64,000 nt of DNA from IMG/VR virus record IMGVR_UViG_3300028187_000002. One strand, 5' to 3'. Of the stretch, positions 29,941 through 37,607 are shown piece after piece. How positions within the stretch are numbered: the first letter of the stretch is position 1; every line of letters begins with the position of its first letter. A program made the translations under genes and the position numbers. Below the pieces are notes generated by a model. It was not told the origin of the DNA and ran no database searches. It worked only from the letters and a program-made list of their open reading frames with translations. Origin of the DNA: an uncultured virus (IMG/VR IMGVR_UViG_3300028187_000002) (Duplodnaviria; Heunggongvirae; Uroviricota; Caudoviricetes; Herelleviridae).

Positions 29941-30537
29941 ATGGACAGATTAACAAATTTAGAGAAAACGGTGCTAGACTTAGAATCAGCACTAAGACAA
30001 ACGCAACAGGAGTTTACCTCATTTAAGGACATGATGCTAGGTCAACCAGAATTACCATACTTCTCTGATATCCCAGGGTATCAACTAAAGTATCACCACG
30101 ATGGAGATGCAGGTATTGATTTACCTATCTTTGATGAGCGTTTACTTGACGGTGAATTCAGTACTGAAGGGTTTGTAGACATTCACCCAGGATGTAGCTA
30201 TACTCTAAAGACTGGTATTCACATGGCTATCCCACAAAGTCATTATGGTATGCTGGACACACGTTCAGGTACATCTAAGTTGAAAATGACTCTATTGTGT
30301 CGCACTATTGATGAGCCATTTCGTGGTAATATTCGTTTAGCTTTACACAACGTTGGTACTGAAACAGTTCGTGTAGCTAACTACGATGAACTGGCACAAA
30401 TGGTTATCAAGCGTTACACTAAAGTTACACCTAAGGGCTTCGCTACATACGGTGAGTTCCTTGAATATGCAGGCAACACTGCACGTGGTCAGGAAGGCTT
30501 TGGTAGTAAAGAACGTAACTTAGGAGGAGGAAACTAA
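29941..30537 (+). CDS. dut: Trimeric dUTPase
   Basis: Motifs 'DAGIDL', 'RSG', 'TID..FRG', 'LAQM', 'RG.EGFGS'. Confidence 0.88.
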   Translation: MDRLTNLEKTVLDLESALRQTQQEFTSFKDMMLGQPELPYFSDIPGYQLKYHHDGDAGIDLPIFDERLLDGEFSTEGFVDIHPGCSYTLKTGIHMAIPQSHYGMLDTRSGTSKLKMTLLCRTIDEPFRGNIRLALHNVGTETVRVANYDELAQMVIKRYTKVTPKGFATYGEFLEYAGNTARGQEGFGSKERNLGGGN

Positions 30538-30538
30538 T

Positions 30539-30820
30539 ATGGAAATTCTAGGTAGCAAGATGGACATTGGTGGAGCAGTGTTTATGGCAAAGAGTGGTTG
30601 TAAGGTAGCACGTGAGGGATGGAATGGAAAGGGTATGTTTGTATACTATGTGCCTGCCGCTTCTTACCCTCCTGTAACAGAGGTTGCAAAAGAGGCATTT
30701 GGTGGTAAGGACGTACCATATCGTGAATATCTTGCAATTAAAACCGCACAAGGAGATGTATCTCCGTGGGCACCTAGTGGGTCTGATGCTCTAGCAGAGG
30801 ATTGGGTTGTAGTAGATTAA
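30539..30820 (+). CDS. tad2: Tad2-family anti-Thoeris sponge (DUF2829)
   Basis: 'G.KV.R.GWNGKGMFV', 'IKTA.G.V.PW.PS.SD.LAEDW' match the SPO1 Tad2 pattern. Confidence 0.8.
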   Translation: MEILGSKMDIGGAVFMAKSGCKVAREGWNGKGMFVYYVPAASYPPVTEVAKEAFGGKDVPYREYLAIKTAQGDVSPWAPSGSDALAEDWVVVD

Positions 30821-30959
30821 GTGAGAAATTGGTGGGATATATACACCATTGAGTACTGGAAAGCATTTTGGTTCCGAGTCTACATCCGTAAATACCATAT
30901 GGATGTAGCTCGCTTCCAAAAAGAAGTAGCTAGAAAATATAAAAATGGAGATGATTTAG

Positions 30960-31337
30960 ATGACAGTAATAAACAAAGGTAAAAACATTGATGAGAAGAA
31001 ACTAAAGCAACAGAGACAACAAGAGATTAAGCGTAAGGAGAAAGAGATTCAGAAGCAGAAAGCTTACTGGAATGGCATGATTACACGTGAAGAAGCACGT
31101 GATATGGTTATCAAGTCACAAGAGCCTTTAATGGAGCAAATGCGTACTATGTTTATCCAAGTGAAAACCCTTACAGAAATGGTATTGCAAAAGGGTCTTG
31201 CTACAGAGGATGAACTGAATAAAATTGGTGTACCTATCTACAACGAAATGTATGGTGTTCCAACTAAACAAGAGGTAGCTAATCCAGAGGAGGTAACTAA
31301 GGATGCCGATAAACCTGTCCAAGGGTCAAACAATTAA
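30960..31337 (+). CDS. Hypothetical protein
   Basis: RBS GGAG; 125-aa ORF overlapping terD. Confidence 0.6.
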   Translation: MTVINKGKNIDEKKLKQQRQQEIKRKEKEIQKQKAYWNGMITREEARDMVIKSQEPLMEQMRTMFIQVKTLTEMVLQKGLATEDELNKIGVPIYNEMYGVPTKQEVANPEEVTKDADKPVQGSNN

Positions 31338-31971
31338 TCTGTCTAAAGAAGTCAATAATGGTCTAAAAACAGTAACAGTTGGTCTTAGCTGGGGTGCGAA
31401 AGTACTCCATGCTAAACCTTCTAAAGAAGAGGCAAAAAGCTTTATGCAAAAATTCTCTTCCTTTTTTAAAGGGGAAAGCGGTGGGTTGATTGATAAACCT
31501 GTACGTGCCCCTAAAATGGACATTGATTCTTCAGTATTCCTGATTAAGGATACTAACCAACGCCTGACAACAGTGTACTATGGTAATCTACGTGCTCCTG
31601 GAGTACGACATGCTGGAGATGACCTTACAGGTAATGATAAGAAGGGTGCTAGTGACAATGAGGAAATCTATGTAGACTTTGAAAAGATACCTCCTAATGT
31701 GCATAAGCTGTTCGTTGTTGCTAATGTATTCTCCCCTATGGATGGTCACTTTGGGTGGGTACCTGGATCATATATCCGTATTAAGGATGAAAAGGGTAAT
31801 GAAATTGTGCGCTACGAGTTAGGTGCAGACTTCAAGGATAAAAGAGGTATCGTTGTAGCGGAATTGTACCGTGATGGTAATGGGGACTGGAATTTCCGTG
31901 CCATTGGTAAATCTACAGTTGGTAACTCAATGAATCAGCTAGAAAACTTATGCCTACAGGGGGACTTCTAA
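31303..31971 (+). CDS. terD: TerD-family stress protein
   Basis: 'INLSKGQTINLSK', 'VGLSW', 'DIDSS', 'VRHAGDDLTG', 'ELYR..G.WNFRAIG'. Confidence 0.9.
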   Translation: MPINLSKGQTINLSKEVNNGLKTVTVGLSWGAKVLHAKPSKEEAKSFMQKFSSFFKGESGGLIDKPVRAPKMDIDSSVFLIKDTNQRLTTVYYGNLRAPGVRHAGDDLTGNDKKGASDNEEIYVDFEKIPPNVHKLFVVANVFSPMDGHFGWVPGSYIRIKDEKGNEIVRYELGADFKDKRGIVVAELYRDGNGDWNFRAIGKSTVGNSMNQLENLCLQGDF

Positions 31972-31974
31972 TAT

Positions 31975-32721
31975 ATGGAAATCTTACAACATATACTTGA
32001 TACCTACGCACAGTTCTTTGACTGGCAAATGTGGGGAGAAGTACTTACTAGTAAATCAGCTTGGGGTTTAATACTTAGTTTAGTAATTCTTGAGGGCTTG
32101 TTATCAGCAGATAACGCCCTCGTACTTGCTATCATGGTAAGGCACTTACCAGAGGAACAACGTAAGAAAGCTTTATTCTATGGACTACTTGGTGCTTATT
32201 TCTTCCGATTCCTATTCATTGGAGTAGGAACTCTACTAATCAAGCTATGGTACGTTAAACTGATTGGTGCTCTGTACTTACTGTGGATTGTAATAGACCA
32301 CTATCGTAAGAAGGGTAATGAAGGTGAAGAGAACCATGAGATGAATACGGGTGGGATACTAGTAAAATGGTTCGGTGTATTCTGGGCTACAGTTATCTCT
32401 GTTGAAATCATGGACATAGCTTTCTCTGTGGACAGTATCTTAGCAGCACTTGGTGTATCAGAACAGGTTTGGGTACTACTAATTGGTGGTATGTTAGGAA
32501 TCCTGATGATGCGTGGTGTAGCCCACATCTTCCTATACTTAATGGAAAAGGTACCAGAACTAGAGAATACTGCATACTTCTTGATACTTGCAATTGCAGT
32601 TAAGATGGGTGGAAGTGTGTTTGGTCTACACATCAGTCATGAAGTGTTTGTTATTACTTTAGTTGGTGCATTTGCTATCACATTTGCGTTACACTATCTT
32701 AAAAAAATACCTACCCCGTAA
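31975..32721 (+). CDS. terC: TerC-family membrane protein (YceF/MeeF-like)
   Basis: 'LEGLLSADNALVLA', 'DIAFSVDSILAA'; multiple TM helices. Confidence 0.92.
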   Translation: MEILQHILDTYAQFFDWQMWGEVLTSKSAWGLILSLVILEGLLSADNALVLAIMVRHLPEEQRKKALFYGLLGAYFFRFLFIGVGTLLIKLWYVKLIGALYLLWIVIDHYRKKGNEGEENHEMNTGGILVKWFGVFWATVISVEIMDIAFSVDSILAALGVSEQVWVLLIGGMLGILMMRGVAHIFLYLMEKVPELENTAYFLILAIAVKMGGSVFGLHISHEVFVITLVGAFAITFALHYLKKIPTP

Positions 32722-32802
32722 GGGTTAACATAGATTAGAGAGAGGATATCCTCTCTCTATTTTCTTTGTTTAAGAAGGGTATAATTTAAGGGGGTTTTGA
32801 AA

Positions 32803-33327
32803 ATGGCTAAGACAGGTGGCAAGGGTATTAATAGTAAAAACAAGGGTGCAGAGTATGAGCGTAAGATTGCTAAGGCTCTAGGCTCTTGGTGGGGTGAACA
32901 GTTCCAACGCACTCCTGCTAGTGGTGGATTACAGTGGAAAAAGGATAACCGAGTTACTGGTGATATTGTAACACCACCTGACTCAATATTTCCTTTTACT
33001 ATTGAGTGTAAGAAGCGTGAGGGATGGTCTTTAGAGCAGTTCCTAAAGAATACTGGTGAGATGGAAGAATGGTGGACACAATGTATTAGGGATGCTGCAA
33101 AAATAGATAAGAAGCCTATGGTTATCTTCAGCAAGAACTTTGATACGGACTATGTGATGATGACTAGAGCTGACTTTGATGCTATTACCGATGGTATACT
33201 TGAGCTTAACGCATTCAATAATTTCGTGGTACACAAAGAAGGATTAGAAGCAAGAGTTATCTGTGAGTTGGATAAATTAATCGCCAATGTTTCTAAGGAA
33301 GACGTCATCAAGGCTTACAGTCTGTGA
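32803..33327 (+). CDS. Holliday junction resolvase (Hjc-like PD-(D/E)XK)
   Basis: 'SKNKGAEYERKIA', 'GDIV', 'IECK'. Confidence 0.8.
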   Translation: MAKTGGKGINSKNKGAEYERKIAKALGSWWGEQFQRTPASGGLQWKKDNRVTGDIVTPPDSIFPFTIECKKREGWSLEQFLKNTGEMEEWWTQCIRDAAKIDKKPMVIFSKNFDTDYVMMTRADFDAITDGILELNAFNNFVVHKEGLEARVICELDKLIANVSKEDVIKAYSL

Positions 33328-33480
33328 CCTATTCGATAAGATGAGACAAGCTTGATAGGGAAAATGGGTTACTTTTCCTACTGGCTTGTCTCTTTATTTT
33401 TTCTGAGAGGACGGGAAAAATGAAATCAAGAGTTGAGCAATCAACCAAAACCAAATTGAGTATAAAGGAGATGTTGAAGG

Positions 33481-34173
33481 ATGACTAATCAACAAATGTA
33501 TGAGGTAGAAGGACAATACGTGCCAGACTTAAAGGCTGTAGCAGCAGTACTAAATGTACCAAAGGTGTTAAAACGTGATATTCAAGAGGGTGGCGCACTA
33601 GAAGGTAAGGTAAAACTAGTAAATACAGAGATGGTGGGTGATGGTATCAAGGCTGAGACTGAAGATGAGCAATGGGATAACTTTAAAGCTAAGACGGATG
33701 AAGCTATTGCTAAGGAAGTGGAAGAGGAAGTAGGAACGGTAGAGGAAGAGGATGATGAGCCACAACCAATAAACTATGTAAGAACCGAGGATATTGTCAA
33801 CACTAAAGAGGAAATCTTAGAAGCTATACCAGAATTTAAGGCACTGAAGGAGTTTAAGGATTGGTATAAAGACATTGATACTCAAACGGTAGAGTACTTT
33901 GCTAAGGCACTAGGTCTAACGTGGACAGAAACAGAACATGCTAATATCCATCGTATGAGAATCTCAATGGCTATGCAACGCTTCTTCTTCCCAGAGATGT
34001 TTAAGCCTAAAGAGGGTAAGAAAAAGAAAGCCAAATATGGTGACCTGTCTACAGAGGATTTATTCAAAATGGTAGCTGCTAATAAACTAGACGTGAAGAA
34101 GACTAACAATAATCCAATTGACCGTATGAACGCAATAATGGCTCTAAAGAAAGCAGGTAAATTACCTAAATAG
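33481..34173 (+). CDS. Hypothetical protein with two C-terminal helical repeats
   Basis: RBS AAGGAG; repeats 'LGLTW...HANIHRMRISMAM' and 'KLDV...NNPIDRMNAIMALK'. Confidence 0.65.
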   Translation: MTNQQMYEVEGQYVPDLKAVAAVLNVPKVLKRDIQEGGALEGKVKLVNTEMVGDGIKAETEDEQWDNFKAKTDEAIAKEVEEEVGTVEEEDDEPQPINYVRTEDIVNTKEEILEAIPEFKALKEFKDWYKDIDTQTVEYFAKALGLTWTETEHANIHRMRISMAMQRFFFPEMFKPKEGKKKKAKYGDLSTEDLFKMVAANKLDVKKTNNNPIDRMNAIMALKKAGKLPK

Positions 34174-34261
34174 GTCAGGAGAGGGGAGGGTTTTCCCCTC
34201 TTCTTTTTTATTACTCTTGAGCTAGGAACATCGGGTCTCCCCCACCCCTAGGAAAGAGAGA

Positions 34262-34290
34262 TTGACAAAAGGTGTCAAAATTGCAAAAAT
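34262..34290 (+). promoter_or_regulatory. Early-type promoter TTGACA-N17-AAAAAT
   Basis: Perfect sigma-A -35, 17-bp spacer, variant -10; same layout at 58729, 60505 and 63517. Confidence 0.55.
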
Positions 34291-34345
34291 GAATTCAACG
34301 CCACCAACGAGTGGCAGTTAGCCAGAGCCAAAAGGAGAGGGTATT

Positions 34346-34624
34346 ATGGAAAACAACAAGAAGGTACAAGAGTACAAACCTGAGTTAAAGGCTGAGATTC
34401 TAGAGGATTGTTTGTCAATCCCTATCTCCAGCACACAGAAGTTGAGAGTACTAATGGTTAGGGATGAAAACTTAGGCATTCGTATTTCAGCTCAAAAGTG
34501 GTGGAGAGAGAGTAGGGACGGTGAGTGGGTACCTGGTAAGGGATTTATGATGACAGGTCGCCAAGCCCTAATGATGGGGAAAGCTTTACAAGATGTTGGC
34601 AAACGTATTATTAACGTGAAGTAA
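34346..34624 (+). CDS. PC4/YdbC-like ssDNA-binding protein
   Basis: 'I.AQKWW......EW.PGKG' resembles the PC4 fold; RBS AAGGAG. Confidence 0.6.
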   Translation: MENNKKVQEYKPELKAEILEDCLSIPISSTQKLRVLMVRDENLGIRISAQKWWRESRDGEWVPGKGFMMTGRQALMMGKALQDVGKRIINVK

Positions 34625-34645
34625 TTATATCTAATTGGGGGAAAA

Positions 34646-35293
34646 TTGAATATGTCTAACGAGCTATGTAGAAACGGTGAAGCACTTAAATTATCTTGGG
34701 ACGCAGTAGTCAAGCAGTTCAACAACTTAGTGAAGTATGCAGCAAGACAAAAAGCACAGAACAGTACATTGGACGGTATGTTATCGGCAGAGGATTTGTA
34801 TCAAGAAGGTATGATTAAGTTGTATGATTGCTGGGATAAGTGGTGCGTGGGTGAGAATAAAGACATGGACGAATTTGCTCCTATCTTCCGTAAGTCTCTA
34901 TACAGACAAATGGACAACAAAGGTGGAGGGAGCAAGTTTACCTACATAGACTTAGAAGATGCGTTTACAAACATAGAAGACAGCAAAGGCTATGATGTAG
35001 TAGAAAGAATGTACCGAGATAATGGCATGGAGAAGCTAAAGGATATGCTAAGTGAGATATCAAGAGAGTTCCTAGAAGAACTTATTGAGCCTAGTGAAGC
35101 AACACTATTCCAGGTATGGGCTGATACTGCACGTAAGAACATGCTTAAATCACAGGGCAAACGTATTAACATCCCTAAGGACACAACAGTTAGAATGAAA
35201 CATATACAACGAGCTTTAGGGTTAACAGGTAAGCAGTATGACAACGTAATGCAAGAGATTAGGGAGAAAGCACCGTTGGCATTACAGTACTAG
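34646..35293 (+). CDS. RNA polymerase sigma-factor-like protein
   Basis: Region-2 pattern 'NLVKYAA...LSAEDLYQEGMIKL', 'F..IF'; C-terminal HTH-like 'IQRALGLT'. Confidence 0.75.
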   Translation: MNMSNELCRNGEALKLSWDAVVKQFNNLVKYAARQKAQNSTLDGMLSAEDLYQEGMIKLYDCWDKWCVGENKDMDEFAPIFRKSLYRQMDNKGGGSKFTYIDLEDAFTNIEDSKGYDVVERMYRDNGMEKLKDMLSEISREFLEELIEPSEATLFQVWADTARKNMLKSQGKRINIPKDTTVRMKHIQRALGLTGKQYDNVMQEIREKAPLALQY

Positions 35294-35373
35294 AGAGATA
35301 GCAGTTTAGGAGAAAAAATCAAATAAATCACTTCTTTTATAAGTGATTACATGTGAATGGGGGAAATGTAGTT

Positions 35374-35835
35374 ATGAGTTTCTTTGGAAATATAGACTCA
35401 AAATTATTAGAAGCGTTACAAGAAAGTACTTGTTTTGGTATTGCACATGATGAGAGTGTACCTGAATGTCAGAAGTGTGATGTAAGAGGTCAGTGTAAGG
35501 CACGTATGGAGGGAGCTAATATCCCAACACCACGTAAGAAAGAGAAGAAGGTTGTAGTGGAAACTCCTAAGGAGACTAAAGCAACAACTAAGCCTGCAAC
35601 AAAGTCGGACAAGCCAGCACCGAAAAAACCTGCTAGTACACCTGCTAAACCTAAAACAGAAGCTAAGAAGAAAGACCCTGTCCAGTATTCGGCAGATATG
35701 CCAGACTTCAAGCCTATGAGCTTTGAGGCACTGAAGGACTTAGCAACAGAGCGTAATGTAGAATGGAAAGACTACGCTAATGATTCTATCACACGTATGC
35801 GTCTGATTATGAATCTTAAGAAATCGTACCAGTAA
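35374..35835 (+). CDS. Hypothetical protein (Cys cluster, K/P linker, C-terminal helical motif)
   Basis: 'CFG......ECQKCD....C'; C-terminus shares a motif with 33481..34173. Confidence 0.6.
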   Translation: MSFFGNIDSKLLEALQESTCFGIAHDESVPECQKCDVRGQCKARMEGANIPTPRKKEKKVVVETPKETKATTKPATKSDKPAPKKPASTPAKPKTEAKKKDPVQYSADMPDFKPMSFEALKDLATERNVEWKDYANDSITRMRLIMNLKKSYQ

Positions 35836-35894
35836 TATAAAAGGGTGTGCCAAGCAGGGTACACCCTTTCATTAAGTTTCAGGAGGTAAGACAT

Positions 35895-36743
35895 ATGAAT
35901 AACAATGAAATAATCAGGACTCCTATCTCCGTAAATAGAAGTCCTATATCTGTATCTTTTTGTAACTGCTATAATCAAAAAATCATTAAGCACAATGACC
36001 ACGCATATGCGGTGTGCGGAGATAGAATGTCTCTAGGTGACCTTAAAGACTACTTACTGTTGGATCTACCTAACCCTATATACTTTACTCACCTAGTGAC
36101 GAACTGGGAAGAGAAGATTAACTTAGTGCTTGATAACAATACACCAGTGATTCTAAAGACAGGGAAGGCGATACCTACCTACCTTGTTAAGAAGATGGGC
36201 GAACAGAACCGCTCAACTTTGAGGGTTGTTATTAATTCCCTAGATGACTCTGCACGGAAGTTGGTACAGGTGGAGTCCTCCGAGATGAAAGACATCAGGG
36301 AGATGATGTTCATAGCAAAAGCGTGGAAGGTTTTCGTGTCGTGTCACGTAGACTACTTCCCTCACATAATGAAGCCATTAGACTTATTACAACTAGTGGA
36401 AATGAATAAGAATCTGGTATCCTCTATTACAGTAGACTTCCCAGCATTCACTATTGAATTCCTAGAGGCAATGGTAGACCGATGGCAGATGATTAACCCT
36501 AAGTTCATGGAGCATATCCAGAAGTACTACTTACTGGACGAACATGAAATCTATCAGCCTAGATGTAAAGCAGAGATACTGTCCAAGTTGGATACGTTTG
36601 TTAAGGGAAGACGAGTAAATATCATAGACCTTCCAGACCATAACGTTACCGAGTATCACACAGAAGAACCACCATTTGGTATATCTTATGATAATCAAGA
36701 GCCAACTACTTGTGGAAAATGTGGGAGACTACTATATGCATAA
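35895..36743 (+). CDS. Degenerate radical-SAM-like protein (SPL/Rv2578c-like fold)
   Basis: 'VVINSLDDSARKLVQ......IREMM...KAWKVFVSCHVDYFPHI' parallels the TIM-barrel half of that family; no CxxxCxxC. RBS AGGAGG. Confidence 0.45.
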   Translation: MNNNEIIRTPISVNRSPISVSFCNCYNQKIIKHNDHAYAVCGDRMSLGDLKDYLLLDLPNPIYFTHLVTNWEEKINLVLDNNTPVILKTGKAIPTYLVKKMGEQNRSTLRVVINSLDDSARKLVQVESSEMKDIREMMFIAKAWKVFVSCHVDYFPHIMKPLDLLQLVEMNKNLVSSITVDFPAFTIEFLEAMVDRWQMINPKFMEHIQKYYLLDEHEIYQPRCKAEILSKLDTFVKGRRVNIIDLPDHNVTEYHTEEPPFGISYDNQEPTTCGKCGRLLYA

Positions 36744-36744
36744 C

Positions 36745-36774
36745 AAAAAGGTAGCCCATTACAGGCTACCTTTT
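36745..36774. terminator. Bidirectional terminator at the convergence point
   Basis: AAAAGGTAGCC-cattaca-GGCTACCTTTT; overlaps the stop codon of the minus-strand operon. Confidence 0.8.
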
Positions 36775-37607
36775 AATATTGAATTTAGTATGCTTGTGAA
36801 GTCCTCCTGTGTGCCACTCAAGAATCTAACCATCGAGCCGTGGGTATAGTGTCTCATGTCATTAACCCTTTTAGTGAACTTATCCCTTGTTAACAATAGA
36901 ACACGTGGAAACGTAGGATTTTTGAATACTTTAGCCCATTCTTTCTTAGCCCACTGTTTGGACACGTAGTAATCTTTGTAATTGTCAATCTTGTTCTTGA
37001 TAACTGGTAGCCTCTCCGTACCCATGTCGACCTCAATGCAGAATCCATATCCTTTACCCTTACACTTAAATACACAAACAATGTCGGGCTTAATGAAACT
37101 GTCATTAAAGTGGCACTTCTCTTCCGTCTCATAATATATCATCTCTCCCTCTAGGTCTCTAAGAATTTCCCTTATCAAGCATTCACATTCGTTAATGGCA
37201 ACTCTGTGGTGAAACCCGTCTACTAGTATTCGCTGACCATTAGAGTCATACTTGATTGGCTTACTGTATCGTTCCATATCCAGTAATATTATTCCTGCCC
37301 TGTCAATACATATGTGCTGTTGAGCACTCCCCTGACCCAAAGGTACAGGGGGAACTATTCTATCTATCACATGCTTGTTGAACAGTATCTTCAGCCTATT
37401 GTTAAGCCTCTCAGTACTAGCAAATTCTGGGTAAAGACGTTGTATCTGGTCTCTCTTTAGCACCCTCTTATCAGCCAGTAACCTTAGCAACCCCATGTCC
37501 CTCTCTGTAATGTTGTTGCAGTTATTATAAACCCACTCTCTAGTTATCTGCTTCACCTCTGGACGTTTATAGATACCCTTCATATCAACCTTCCTCCAAT
37601 CCATCAT
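36759..37607 (-). CDS. Replication-relaxation (Replic_Relax / MOB_C-like) nuclease
   Basis: N-terminal wHTH 'TERD..LL.LL...RVL...QI..L', 'HHRVAINE', 'KPD....CIEVDMGTE....I..KI..Y', 'FPRVLLLT'. Confidence 0.85.
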   Translation of the reverse strand: MMDWRKVDMKGIYKRPEVKQITREWVYNNCNNITERDMGLLRLLADKRVLKRDQIQRLYPEFASTERLNNRLKILFNKHVIDRIVPPVPLGQGSAQQHICIDRAGIILLDMERYSKPIKYDSNGQRILVDGFHHRVAINECECLIREILRDLEGEMIYYETEEKCHFNDSFIKPDIVCVFKCKGKGYGFCIEVDMGTERLPVIKNKIDNYKDYYVSKQWAKKEWAKVFKNPTFPRVLLLTRDKFTKRVNDMRHYTHGSMVRFLSGTQEDFTSILNSILKGSL

